Shown in pieces: positions 15,542 through 29,349 of a stretch of 64,000 bases of DNA; the first letter of the stretch is position 1, and each line of letters opens with the position of its first letter. The position numbers were made by a program, and so were the translations under genes. A model generated the notes under the pieces. The model was given only the letters and a program-made list of their open reading frames with translations. It was not told the DNA's origin and did not search any database. The stretch is from the NCBI GenBank assembly GCA_964016885.1, contig OZ024748.1:19902001-19966000 (forward strand), in the 5' to 3' direction. The stretch comes from Eledone cirrhosa (lineage: Eukaryota).

Positions 15542-16387
15542 AATTACAATTTAGTTTCAGGCATAGTTGTATACAGATATGTATTGAAATTTCATATTTC
15601 AGAAGAAATACGGTATGTTTAAAATAAACATTTATAGAGCCGTAGCTATGGCAAAAAACCAGCGATTAACGCCGTCTGGCGGTGTCCAGCAGAAGCAAGG
15701 GAGACATATATATATATATATAACAGACAGTTTTCCACACAATTTATTCTACCAAATTCGAATCTATGCACCTACCTATCATATTTGAATAGTTTCAGAA
15801 ATTACATACAAGTCTTATAATTGTTGATTATATTTGCCTTGTAATTGGGTAGATCTCAAAGGGAGATCACTCTGTAAAGCAATCCCAGTTTCTGACTAAA
15901 AAAAAACCTAAAGTTTCACTTGGTAAGAGCATGCATGAAAGTCCCAACATCCTGTTATTTCTACTATAAATATTAGACGAGAACTTGTGTATTTTATTGA
16001 ATCAAATCAATACAGCTTAGTATGTAACTCATAGAGAAGAGATATACACACAGATGCCACATAACTGTCATGTTAAAATGTTCCAAGTTAGCATTTTGGT
16101 ACTTAATATTATGTCTCTATATAATTTTTTCTTTTCATACCAAGCTAAAATTTTGCCATTTACCAAACTGAAATCAAAACACGGCTGACCTTTATTTTAA
16201 AGCCAAAACCAAAGATAAACAGAGTTCATCTCTGTATTTTCAACTTTCTCTTTACTTGCAGACATTCAATAAGCAAGACTAAATCAATTCAAAAGTTGGA
16301 GATCTTTCATATATATTTGATTTCGGCCTCTTTACCTTCGGCTTTCTAAGTTTCAATAGATAATAATAGATAATAATAATCTAATAG

Positions 16388-16450
<63 letters not shown>

Positions 16451-16611
16451 TATTAATCTAATAATAATAATAATATATAAAGAGTGGCGTACTCATGCGC
16501 GGAGATGTTATAAAATAGCTTATGAAATGAGGTGGAGACCCTTAAAGACGGAAAAAGAAGTTGCTACCGACTGAGACTCCAAGAAAATAATATGATATAA
16601 TATAATGTAAT

Positions 16612-16680
<69 letters not shown>

Positions 16681-17038
16681 GAAGATGATAGGACAGTTTG
16701 GAATGCGAGAGGGTAATGTCAAAATAATACCAGCTGCAATCGGCAACAGGGTTAACCCACCCACCACCAAACATATAATAATATCATATAATATAATGTA
16801 ATAATAAAATATAATGTAATAATAATATAATAATAATATACTAGATATATTGAACCGCAAACAAATACAGACCATATTCAGTAAACAAACTAGTTGATGT
16901 GAATTCACCACCACTTGTAGTATTAAATAAAGTCATTCATTCGCGAGTTTAGTCAGCAGAAAACGGATTAACACTATGTCAATCAAATCTAGTAAATATA
17001 GTTTATAGCAGCAGTTCTAAAGGTGGACAAACAGAGAT

Positions 17039-17194
<156 letters not shown>

Positions 17195-17222
17195 TGGTTA
17201 CACAACAGTTAGTTCACCATAC

Positions 17223-17260
17223 CGAGAACAATTGTTTCACCTTAGCGTATCCTCAGCTCG
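17223..17260 (-). ncRNA. Minimal hammerhead motif
   Basis: Minus strand cgag-CTGAGGA-tacgctaaggt-GAA-ACAATTGT-T-ctcg; stem II weak. Confidence 0.6.
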
Positions 17261-17287
17261 TAATATATATATATATTTAATACGAAG

Positions 17288-17354
<67 letters not shown>

Positions 17355-17413
17355 ATATTATATATATATATATGTATATATATTATATATATATTATATA
17401 TATATATATATTA

Positions 17414-18445
17414 TTTCCTCATGTGCTTTTTCATAAATACACATGAAGGCGAACTAGCCAGTTTTAGAATTCCCTTTTTCGGACTATATTACTGTGAGAG
17501 CCCTGGTTTTCTGTTGAGCTCTGCTGATGAATGATATTCCAACCGTGACCATCTCCATTTGATGTTATTCCAAATTGAAGGATAAGTGTTTCAAACTTTA
17601 TTTTATCATGAGTTAAAGGTCTATAGATTTTTCCCTGGATTTTACTAAATCCTGTGGATGAATTTGTATCCTGATTCTCTTTTGAGATGAGTTTGAGTTA
17701 TTTTTCCTAAATCTTTCGTTAACTACTTTTCCCATCTTGACGTTATAGTCGCATATATGTTATAGAATGCCGTTAGCTTCTTGCTAAAACAATCTCTATA
17801 CCTCTCATTTATATTTATACCCGGATTCTTTTCCTAGAGTGCTTAAACTATCTGTGACTAATCCCGGTTTTTTTCATAAAAACTGTGATAATTATTGCTA
17901 TTTTGCTGAACTCCTTTGTAGAGTTTTTTTCAGAATGTATTTGACTGCTATTTCTTGTAAATAAACATTCACTTCCATCCTGACGTCACTAGCCCCGTCT
18001 TTTCCTCATGTGCTTTTTCATAAATACACATGAAGGCGAACTAGCCAGTTTTAGAATTCCTTTTTTCGGACTATATTACTGTGAGAGCCCTGGTTTTCTG
18101 TTGAGCTCTGCTGATGAATGATATTCCAACCGTGACCATCTCCACTGAAAGTTTTCATGAAATAGTCTTTTAAGACTATACAGAGCATTTGATGTTATTC
18201 CAAATTAAAGGATAAGTGTTTCAAACTTTGTTTTATCATGAGTTAAAGGTCTATAGATTTTTCCTTGGATTTTACTAAATCCTGTGGATTAATTTGTATC
18301 CTGATTCTCTTTTGAGATGAGTTTGAGTTATTTTTCCTAAATCTTTCGTTAACTACTTTTCCCATCTTGACGTTATAGTCGCATATATGTTATAGAATGC
18401 CGTTAGCTTCTTGCTAAAACAATCTCTATACCTCTCATTTATATA
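17414..18445 (+). repeat. Partial tandem (~1.7 units) of a ~630 bp HHR-bearing unit
   Basis: 17414-17815 repeats at 18001-18445; first copy has a ~43 bp deletion in the HHR. Confidence 0.85.
18105..18186 (+). ncRNA. Type I hammerhead ribozyme motif in ~630 bp tandem unit
   Basis: gctctg-CTGATGA-atga..tcat-GAA-ATAGTCTT tt AAGACTAT-A-cagagc; 6 bp stem I, 8 bp stem III. Confidence 0.82.
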
Positions 18446-18718
18446 TATATTATATATATTTTATATATATATATATAATATATATATATATTATATATAA
18501 CAGACAGTTTTTTCCAATCCCCCCCATCCCTTCAATCTATCTTATTTTTCAGTGTTTCTTCTTTCTTCTGATTAAGGACTAGCGTCAGAAACGTTAACAC
18601 CCTCTTGCTGCTATTTCAAGCGTTAACCTAATATATTCTTTCCATATACTGTACCGATTGTGTTGATATTCCTGTTTACCTTTTACATACATACATATAT
18701 ACATACATAGATACATAC

Positions 18719-18785
<67 letters not shown>

Positions 18786-18940
18786 TTTTAAGATAAACAT
18801 GTATATCTATACATTGGTTTCATCCAAAGAAACAGACAAACAACCGTTCTCTATTTCAGTGACTTTTGTCAAAAAAATATCATATGATATTTCGCTATAG
18901 AGTGTATTATTATCATTATATTATTATTATTATTATTATT

Positions 18941-18982
<42 letters not shown>

Positions 18983-19313
18983 ATCATGTTCCTTTGCTGT
19001 AATTGGCCTCCTGTGTTTATCCCCAGCAGTAGATATTTTTTACTTGGGCTTATTTCCTTCTGCTATCTACGAAAGACGATGCAATGACATTTGGTAGGGG
19101 CTGTATCTAATATCTAATATTTTCCTAGGGACTACACTAGCGTGGAACAAAGGGATTCATAGCAACAAGAACAAATAAAACACCAAGAAAAACGACAACT
19201 ACAAACGGAAGATAATACATACATACAAACATACATATATATGTATGTATGTATATATATATATGTATGTATGTATATATATTTAAATATATATATGTAT
19301 ATATATGTATATA

Positions 19314-19374
<61 letters not shown>

Positions 19375-19413
19375 GTATGTATGTATATGTATTTATGTAT
19401 ATATATATATATG

Positions 19414-19488
<75 letters not shown>

Positions 19489-19666
19489 ATATATATATAT
19501 ATGTATTTGTATATGCATTTGTATATATATATATATATACGAATATACGAGAGCAAACATTCATATATACATTCATATATGTATACTTACATACATACAT
19601 GCACATATACACATACACACATACATACATATATACATGCATATATACGGATGTATGTATATACGA

Positions 19667-19730
<64 letters not shown>

Positions 19731-20441
19731 ATGAATGTACGTATGTATGTACGTATGTACGCACGTCCGTACGTACGAACGTATGTAAGTATGTATGCAT
19801 ATATATGAACACGTATGTATGCTTATAACTAATATTATGTATGTATACATTATGTGAGTGTATATAAAGTGTATAATTTTTTCTCTTTTAATGGTTGACA
19901 AACCCTATTGAAATGACATACATTAGAACGATGTAAAAGACACCAATTCTTTATGATGCATGACGGCATTCTGACCAAAACGTTCTTTGCTTAATTTGCC
20001 ATTTCCGATGTGATAAGAGGGAAATCAAAGCATACAATCTGGATTGTATTAAACTAAGACATTCTAGAAGCTTCCAGGGGAAACACTGCTTCAGTATAAG
20101 ATGCTAAATGCTTGACTTTCTTTATTCCTTTTGATAGGATTGTATCATTCATTGGCCCGACATTCACAGAGAAATGTCCCGACTAGCAATTTTAATGACT
20201 ATCTATCTATCTATCTATCTATCAATCTATCTGGGATGGACACACGCGTATAACTTGCTGAGTAAGTTCTGTTTAAATTTCTATAGAAATTCTTGTCTGA
20301 TAACTTTAATTTTTGTACCATTTTGTAGAGGGACTGCCAGGTCAAACTTTGATCTGGTCAGTCTCTCAAAATATTCTACGCCTTTAGGCGAAATAGTTAA
20401 AAAAAAAGTTTTTTCTTGTTGAAAAGTCAATATTTTTTTAA

Positions 20442-22223
20442 ATGGCCGAAGCTTCTTCACCAAAATTCGAAGGAGGAAAGGGGAAGATGAACTTACAGCT
20501 TCCCCCTGCCACTGTCACAGTAGCAGAGGTCAAGAAGATAGGTCAGCCAGAGGAAGAATTCTCTCCACCTGTTAACCGACAACTTGACGTTACCATGGCA
20601 ACAACCCAAAGAACCAACAGCAACAACAACAACAATGCGACGGTAGAAAACAACACCAATAACAATAACAATAACAACAACAAGACCAATAACGGTGACA
20701 ACAACAACAATGATAACAACAACACCACCAACGACAACAACAACACAAACAAACAAAATTTCTCCTTCGCCGAGACGACAAGGAAAACCCTCGACTATCT
20801 GCCAGTAGATATAACAAAAGCGAAGGAGCTACTGGCGGATGCGAAAAAATATATAGTGTACGGGGAAAATGGTTCATTCACAATCCATTCCCCCCCGGAA
20901 CTAAAAAGCCAGAGACTCCTAAACACGGTCATGTTTAGGACAATCTCGAACAAAAGTAAAAAACCAGCTCAACCATCACAGAGCGAGATAGAGCTGGTTT
21001 TAAAAGACGTCATGAAGGACATCACCTTCATTCAGAAGGATAGACTCTACGGGAGTCTATCCATTCTCATGAAGGACAGGGACACAGCAGTGAAACTGTC
21101 CATCAAACCAATCACATCCACCGCATACACCTTCTACCCTACGTACATGGGTAGAAGAACACAAAAAATAAAAATCCACACCATCCTGCCGATTATGGAC
21201 ATATGGTGGGTTTTGACAGGTTTTCTGGACCTGGAGGATGACATGCTGGTGTCCATGGGAAAGGCATCGGGTGACGCGTTCAGTGGAACGAGCCTCGAAC
21301 TTGTAGTTCAAATGAGGCCCGAAAGGATCGCCCAGATCCCTGAACGCGTCATACTGGATGATCTAACCTTCATCAACATTACCGTTGAGGGTAGACGGCC
21401 CTCGTGTTACCTCTGCGGAACCAGAGGTCACCTGAGGGCTGTCTGTCCCCAACTTAATAAGAAAACCCCAATCCTGCCTACACCACCAACAACTGCACAA
21501 CCAACACAATCACCACAACAACCACTACAAAAACAACCACCACAGCTCAAACCAAAACAAAACAATGTCCAACCCATCCCCTCCACTCAAAAAACAAAAA
21601 CAATTTCCAAAACACCCGTACCGCAAACACAACCCGAAAATATACCCCTCCCCTCCAACGCGGAAGATGACCCTAGTTCGTCGTCAGACGAGGAGGAGCA
21701 CTTCCACACAATCAAAAGAAAAAAAAGAAAACACACCTCAGACACACAAATGAAAAAAACCCCTCCCCAAAACATAACACTGACACCAACACAAAAGAGC
21801 TCACAACAGCAAACAAAAAACACCACACAAAAACAAAAACATGCATACACATACATAAATACAAGAAACAAAAAACTGTTAAACATTGTGTACAACAACA
21901 ATCTAATAAAAACACAAGGGCCTAACTTCACCCAGGCAGGGGATTTCCCCCACCTCAAAATGATTAAGGCCCCACAGGACACCTATAAAACTTTAAAAAA
22001 CAATTTTAAAGAGGACGTGGGTCCCCCCTGCGTCGGGCCCATTAACCGAGTCCTCCTAAAAAACTATCCCACCCCCTCCCCAAACACCCTCACAACTCCA
22101 AGCTCCCCAACCACACAACACACTGATGCCCCCACACTTCCACAAACCACCACCCCACCCAACAACCCATCCCCCACCCTAATGGAAATTGTGCAGCCCG
22201 ATACCCGGGACGCAGAGAGGTAA
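20442..22223 (+). CDS. Tx1 ORF1 (gag-like nucleic-acid-binding protein)
   Basis: 593 aa open frame; zinc knuckle CYLCGTRGHLRAVC (CX2CX4HX4C); Asn-rich N-terminus; basic KRKKRK patch. Confidence 0.9.
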   Translation: MAEASSPKFEGGKGKMNLQLPPATVTVAEVKKIGQPEEEFSPPVNRQLDVTMATTQRTNSNNNNNATVENNTNNNNNNNNKTNNGDNNNNDNNNTTNDNNNTNKQNFSFAETTRKTLDYLPVDITKAKELLADAKKYIVYGENGSFTIHSPPELKSQRLLNTVMFRTISNKSKKPAQPSQSEIELVLKDVMKDITFIQKDRLYGSLSILMKDRDTAVKLSIKPITSTAYTFYPTYMGRRTQKIKIHTILPIMDIWWVLTGFLDLEDDMLVSMGKASGDAFSGTSLELVVQMRPERIAQIPERVILDDLTFINITVEGRRPSCYLCGTRGHLRAVCPQLNKKTPILPTPPTTAQPTQSPQQPLQKQPPQLKPKQNNVQPIPSTQKTKTISKTPVPQTQPENIPLPSNAEDDPSSSSDEEEHFHTIKRKKRKHTSDTQMKKTPPQNITLTPTQKSSQQQTKNTTQKQKHAYTYINTRNKKLLNIVYNNNLIKTQGPNFTQAGDFPHLKMIKAPQDTYKTLKNNFKEDVGPPCVGPINRVLLKNYPTPSPNTLTTPSSPTTQHTDAPTLPQTTTPPNNPSPTLMEIVQPDTRDAER

Positions 22224-22247
22224 GTGCCTTTTCTCTTCACCACCAAC

Positions 22248-25200
22248 ATGGCTATGCTAAGAGTAGGCTGTTTAAATGCGCGTGGCCTGGGCTCAACTTG
22301 GAAGCAAGCAATGCTTCTAAATGACCTCAGGTCACAACGTATAGATGTGATGGTTATTTGCGAGGCCCGGATCAGCAACGTGCGACAGCTGGCCCCCACC
22401 TTTGATGACTTTGAGATGCACGCATCTCTCTGTCAGCCTGGAGGTGGGGGTGGAGTTGTCGTTCTGCTGCAAAAACATCTGGGTCTCGCAACACAGATGG
22501 TACATTTGGACCCGGAGGGTCGACTAGTGGTTCTGGACCTTGGCAGTGGTAAAGGCGGAGCGTTTAGGTTGGTAGCCGCCTACGGCCCTTTCGGGTCAAT
22601 GCGGCCGGACTTCTTCCATCGTCTGGAGACTTTTCTAGGGACGTCCCGCTCCTTGCTATTAGTGGGGGACTGGAATGGTATCCTAGATGCACGTTGGGAC
22701 TACGTAGGGGCCTGCCCCGATAGAGAGGGGTGTAATAGCCTCAAAGGGTTAATCGGTCGATTTGACCTGGCCGATAGATATCGACTAGATTTTCCGACTG
22801 CGCCAACCTGGACTTGGGCAAATCGTAGCGGATCATCTAGGTCGTACCTAGATAGGTTCTTAGTTAGAATTAAGGATAAGGACTTTTTAAGTTGTCCAAA
22901 AATGCGCATTGTTGGCTATTCAGACCACAAATTAGTGACCTGCATGGTCAACCTTGACAGAACTCATAGACAGGGCCCCGGTTACTGGAAGCTCAACTTG
23001 TCCTTGCCGGCAAGTAGAGCCTACAGGAATCGGATTAGTACGTTAGTTAAGGAACGGTTGACTGGAGCGATCGTCAACAGCAGGTGGTGGGTATCTCTAA
23101 AGAGAGAGATTAGAGTAGTCTCGATAGAATTTAGTAAGGTTCTAGCTGCGGATAGGAATAGGAAGGAAAGGGAGCTAATAGATAGAGTAGAAGAGGCAAT
23201 TAGAAGCGGCGACGTGGCCAGAGTGCTAGCGTCGAGAACGGCTTTGGGCCAGTTTTTCGACGCGAAGCACGAAGGCTGCGTTGTCCGAAGTAAAATACGT
23301 GCTCTAGGGAACGAGGGGACCAAAGCTGTTAGCTGGGCCCGCGTGACAGAGGCCAACAGTGGAACTAAATCCACCATCCGGTCTTTGCGAGACCTGGATG
23401 GACGGGCGATTCTTGAGCCTAAGCAGATGTGTGAGGCCTTTCAAAGGCACTTTGCCCGACTGTTCGGGAGGGGCGGGGAGCCGGTTGGGAACGTGGACTT
23501 CGGTCCATACCTCGACGGCCTGCCGCGCCTCTCGGACAGGGAGGCGAAGTCCTGCGAGGAGCCGATTTCGGCCGCTGAGATAGAGGACGTGCTGAGCCAA
23601 TGCGGCAAACGCAAATCCCCGGGTCTCGATGGTCTTCCTTACGAATTATATCTAGCTATGCCGGACTTGTTCCCCGATCTCCTCGAGGCGGTCTACTGCA
23701 ACTGGCAACAGAACGGGAGAATTCCCTGTACTGTGACCAAGGGCGTAGTCACGCTAGTGAGGAAGGACGAGAACAAGGGGGACGAAATAAGTAACTTCAG
23801 GCCCATAACACTGCTAAATACAGAGTTACAGATTTTGGCCAAGGTGCTAGCAAAGAGGTTGGCGCTTGTCGTGGGCAACCTGGTGGGAGATGCGCAGACA
23901 TGCGCTATCCCGTCCAGGTCCATCCATGACAACCTCCACCTCATGCGATACATCATAGAGAGGGTTGGGAACGAACCCGGCTTTGGTGGGGCTCTGATCA
24001 ACTTGGATCAATCTAAGGCGTTCGATAGGGTCGACCATGGTTACCTGGATGCGGTGCTAGCGGCGGCAGGCTTCGGACCCGTTTTCAGGGGCTGGATCAC
24101 TGCTATGCACAGCAGCCGCATCTGCTCTAGGGTCAAGGTGAACGGCTACCTCTCGGAGCCGTTCAAAATCGCGCGGTCCATCCGACAAGGGTGCCCTCTC
24201 TCCTCCCTTCTGTATGTATTGACTCTCGAGCCACTACTGCGGAAGTTGGAGTTGTTGCAGGGCATCCCTTTGGAACCGGGATTGCGGAAAGCGGTGTCGG
24301 CCTACGCCGATGACGTGACAGTAATGGTGTCGACGGCCTCCGAAATCGAGGCGGTCGGCACCTTACTGGAGGAGTACGAAAAGTTCACAGGGGCTAAGCT
24401 GAACCGGGACAAGTCGATCGGTTTGCAACTCGGCACGTGGAGGGGCAGACCGATGCCCTCCGATAGCGTCGTCGGACGCTGGACGGAGGGCCCGGTGAAG
24501 TTGCTCGGGGTCTGGTTCGGACCGGACCTCCAGGTGGAGAAAAACTGGGCGGAGGTTACGAACAGAGTGTTTGCACTGACCCAGAAGTGGGCCAGTTGCA
24601 AACTATCCCTGAAAGGTCGGGCGGAGGTGGCGAACACCTACATAGCGTCCGTCATCTACTACCGCCTGACCGTAGTGCCCTGCCCAAGGGAAACCCTCAC
24701 CAAGATGGAGCGCGCGCTCTTCCAATTCCTTTGGAAGAGGCGGGCTCCTATGGTGAGGAGATCCATCTGCTGTCAACACCCTTCGAAAGGAGGGCTGGGG
24801 ATGCCGTGGCTAATGATGCGTAAACACGCATTAAGGCTACGGCACCTCTACGTATTCCTCACCGGACAACCGGTGTGGGCCTCGTTTGTGAGACGAACCT
24901 TTCCCAGACTCGTCTCACTCACCGAGCTGCAATCCTGGGTCAAGCAAAGACCGAGAAAACTGGGCGCCTGGCACACTGAGTGTGCCCAGGCGCTCACCGC
25001 CCTCTGGCAGGCGGATCCGGTTATCAGTGGAGACTCCACCGCAACATTCTATAGAGGGCTGGTACGCAGCAGGTGCGACGACGCCCTCGGAGAATATAGA
25101 CATGGAGGAGGACGAACTGGCCAGCCTTTTCGGTAGGACATTCAGCCCGGGACCTATGGACAACTTCCAGAAGTCCCTGGCCTGGCAGTGCTACCGAGGG

Positions 25201-25683
25201 GCTTTACCCGTTCGAGAAAGGCTCTACAGACACGGGCGCCCGGGTAGGGACCCCGCCAAAAAGATCTGTCCCAGATGCGTGTGCGACGAGGAAACCGTTG
25301 CACACGCATTAGTACACTGCTCGGGCGTAGCCGATCTGTGGGGCTATGTCGAACAACTGCTGTCAAGGGTGGGACCGATCCGGTTGACCACCGAGTCTAT
25401 TGTAATGATCAAGCCGCCTCCCCCCTTCAAAGATGAAGCAGAGGCGGTGTTTCTGTGCGTAATAGCCATGGCGAAAGAGGTTGTATGGTGGACGCGTCTG
25501 AAAGGACTGAGGTCGGGCACCTTTCTCTCTGGCCAACAACTGGTCCGTTTCTTCCGATATCATTTCGGAAGAAGGATCAGGATGGAGAGAGAGGTGCTGC
25601 ACCCCAGCCGTTTCTATGAAAGATGGGTGAAAGTGGCGAGAATGGCCCGTGTGAATGGGCCTTCACTCTACATCAGACTATAG
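22248..25683 (+). CDS. Tx1 ORF2: APE endonuclease + reverse transcriptase + C-terminal zinc finger; +1 frameshift near 25090
   Basis: APE motifs GCLNARGL, GDWNG, YLDRF, SDHK; RT motifs KSPGLDG, FRPITLLN, KAFDRV, RQGCPLS, YADD; C-terminus (CPRC..ETVAHALVHC) continues in the 24982-25683 frame. First ATG at 22248. Confidence 0.92.
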
Positions 25684-25948
25684 GTGAGGAAGATGAAAGA
25701 CCAAGGGAGCACCCCTTCTCTGTGCTCCTGAGGAGAAGGGTTGCACACTTTTTTCGGGGGTGTGTGCGACCCCCCCAAGGCGCCTCCTCTCTATTGAGGA
25801 TTTTGTTAAAAATTTTATTTTTTGTTATATCTTATTTTATTTTTATATTTTGTTATTGCCTCCTCCTTATTGAGGACGCCTTTTTGTGTAAACTCCCCCC
25901 TTTGTACTTGTCCCACTTTTGATGCCCTAGTGGCAAATAAAAGAAATA

Positions 25949-25992
<44 letters not shown>

Positions 25993-26011
25993 CTCCACCA
26001 ATCTACCCTCT

Positions 26012-26044
<33 letters not shown>

Positions 26045-26064
26045 CACACAAATAAATAAATAAT

Positions 26065-26097
<33 letters not shown>

Positions 26098-26688
26098 AAT
26101 ATATATATATATAGAGAGAGAGATAGATGAGGGGGGGGGGCAGAGATTTATATAGAAATATATATATATTAAATTAACAATGAAAATAAAAACAACAAAG
26201 TCAAGTTATTTTACCTATTCATATCATTGTTTTACGATCGTTTCGGAGGGTTGATCAGATTGACATATTCTCTGATCTATAGCAGTTATATAACTGTATA
26301 CTATCAGACCTCATATATAGGTTCGATCAGGCCGCCTATACGAAAAAGCTTTAACGCTTCTTTAAAAAATATTATTAAATATTCACTTTACACGCTATAA
26401 ACGTGTGTTTTTTAATTTTTTTCTTTATCAGAAATATAGACTTGAATTACGCGAATTTACTTTACAAACGCATTTTCTTTTCATTTTTCTATATAATAGA
26501 CTTTTTACAAGGCCTCCAATGGTGATTCGGCCATTTGTAGACAATTTAATTTATTATTGCCTGCTACTTTATTTTGCAGGGAACGGAACAAATATCACAA
26601 AACTGTGACGACCTTGTTAACTTGCCGTCTCATATAATAATATAATATTCCACATTATATATATATACATATATGAATATATATATAA

Positions 26689-26793
<105 letters not shown>

Positions 26794-26980
26794 AAAATGT
26801 TTAACCTCGACGGCAGAGCTCAAGCGGTTTCGACGGCTATTTCTGGACAGTAATAGCCGTCGAAATGGCTTGAGATCTGCCGTCGGGGTTAAACATTTTC
26901 CTATTACCCACTCTACTACCCTAAGTATTGAGTACTCTGGTGTGTTATGGTCCACCTGGTTCCTTACCACATTTCCTTCG

Positions 26981-27028
<48 letters not shown>

Positions 27029-27207
27029 GTGAGGTTTTTTACAAAATGAAAAAAAAACGAGGTGTCCTACACGAGTGGAAAAAAGATGAAATCGAAAATG
27101 CAAATGGAGTCTTTTTTTTTTTAAATATATGTATTTGGTTCCTTTAGTGGTTTCGCAGTTCTTGTGCTTTTCAAAAATAGAATTGAGATGGAGGGTTTGT
27201 GGTTTTT

Positions 27208-27281
<74 letters not shown>

Positions 27282-27330
27282 GAGCAGATTATAGTTTAAG
27301 CAAAGTTTTAGTCTTCACATTTATTATTAC

Positions 27331-27370
<40 letters not shown>

Positions 27371-27598
27371 TATACTTACATATATATAGATTTTGTTATA
27401 TATATATACTTATGTATATATATAAATTGTTATATATATATGTGTATATATATATATATACATATATAATATACATGTATATACATATATATACATATAA
27501 TATATATATATATGTACAAATATATACATATAAACATATAGATATATGTGTGTGTGTGTATATATACATACATATATATATACACACACACATACCAG

Positions 27599-27631
<33 letters not shown>

Positions 27632-28157
27632 GAATATATCTGACTGAGAACATCTATGTAATGTATGTATATGTAGTTAGACAGTACAAGTTAAGTAGTA
27701 GCTTGTTTCAATGGAGACGTTATCAAATGAATGTCTGTTCATTATACAAGCAAGTACATTCTGATTATTTGACATGTTAGCATCAAAGGAAAGTTCTAGA
27801 CTTCTACACTAAAATTGGTTTCGACCTCTTACTTGTTATAAAAATTCATTGGAACAATAATAATTTCTAGAGTTTCGGTTCCGATAAAAAAATAATGCTG
27901 TTTCTATGTTCTCTCTAACCTATCTTTCACTATATAGTGTAGAAAGCGGTGAATTAGTAAGGTCGTTAGAAAGTTGGATAGAATGATTTGCATGTATTCA
28001 TTCCAGCACTTAATACTCTGTGTTTAAATCGTGCCATTGGCAACTTTAGCTCTCATCGTTTCGAGATCGATAAAACGGCGTACCTCTTCTTAACTGGGCT
28101 TCATTTATCCTCTATATTTCCCTCCCCTTACCTTTCTCTTTATCTCTCTCTCTCTCT

Positions 28158-28198
<41 letters not shown>

Positions 28199-28243
28199 AA
28201 GTATATATATATATATATATATATACAATAAGTAGATATATAC

Positions 28244-28309
<66 letters not shown>

Positions 28310-28443
28310 AGATAAGATAACAAGATATCGTTTAAGGTAATCCAACTTAGACATACCGGACTAATGAAACATTTGGTAATACTTTAAATAAACCCTATTG
28401 TACAGCCGACCACGTTATTCTTCATTTCTTTACTATATATATA

Positions 28444-28524
28444 TACAGGATGTCTCAAAACACGTATACACACTTTGATTACCTGTACAGGCAATATTCA
28501 TTAGAATGCTGATGACGTGTATAC
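28444..28524. mobile_element. Very short mariner-type MITE
   Basis: tacaggatgtctcaaaacacgtatacac / gtgtatacttttttgagaacaccttgta. Confidence 0.55.
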
Positions 28525-28540
28525 TTTTTTGAGAACACCT

Positions 28541-28607
<67 letters not shown>

Positions 28608-28693
28608 CAGATGCTCTACGGTTCTTATATAATTGATATATATTTATCCTTATCGAGCCCTCTTTGGATTTTAGTTTACAAATTTATTATGTT

Positions 28694-28738
<45 letters not shown>

Positions 28739-28745
<7 letters not shown>

Positions 28746-29172
28746 ACTAGAAATTGATTGACATCTATATATATTTAAAATAAACACATGAAACAATCAC
28801 AGAGGATAATTTGTAAAGTGTGTAATCACACATAGCTAGGTAGGTAACTAATTAAAGTTTAACTAGAGCTTCAAATGTTACCTTTTTAAAAAATGTTTAA
28901 TCCTCCTTGTATTCCCCGCTTGCTGAAGATCCAAGATTTGACTACTGTGACTTTACGGATTAATGGTGAAATATATTTCTTTAATGAAATATATACAAGG
29001 AGGATAAATCATTTTTTAAAAAGGTAATATTTGAAGCTATAGTTAAACTTTAATTAGTTACCTACCTAGCTATGTGTGATTACACACTTTACAAATTATC
29101 CCCTGTGATTGTTTCATGTGTTTATTTTAAATATATATATATATATATGTCAATCAATTTCTAGTTGATATA
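28739..29172. repeat. Long inverted repeat (~175 bp arms) with damaged HHR in the spacer
   Basis: Arms 28739-28912 and 28993-29172; spacer cttg-CTGAAGA-tcca..tggt-GAAATATAT[duplicated]A-caag. Confidence 0.8.
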
Positions 29173-29285
29173 AAATGCTCGGATCTATTCATTGGAATAT
29201 TTGAGCTTATTCTACGGTGGATATGTCGCATGTCTCAGACATGACTCCCTTAATTTAATTTAATTAAATTATGTTAATTTTGTAT

Positions 29286-29334
<49 letters not shown>

Positions 29335-29349
29335 CATATACATATATAC

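Larger units (their letters stand above)
20233..25948 (+). mobile_element. Near full-length L1/Tx1-clade non-LTR retrotransposon inserted in (TATC)n
   Basis: GC-richer 5.7 kb block with ORF1, ORF2 and AATAAA at 25936-25941; (CTAT/TATC)n directly flanks both ends. Confidence 0.93.

Noticed and set aside
22700-25602. Antisense and alternate-frame ORFs within the LINE
   Set aside because: Expected shadow ORFs of GC-richer coding sequence; no motifs.
26225-26345. GAAACGATCGTA (minus strand) with nearby hairpins as a full HHR
   Set aside because: Only the 3' half is recognisable; no CUGANGA core or stem I partner found.
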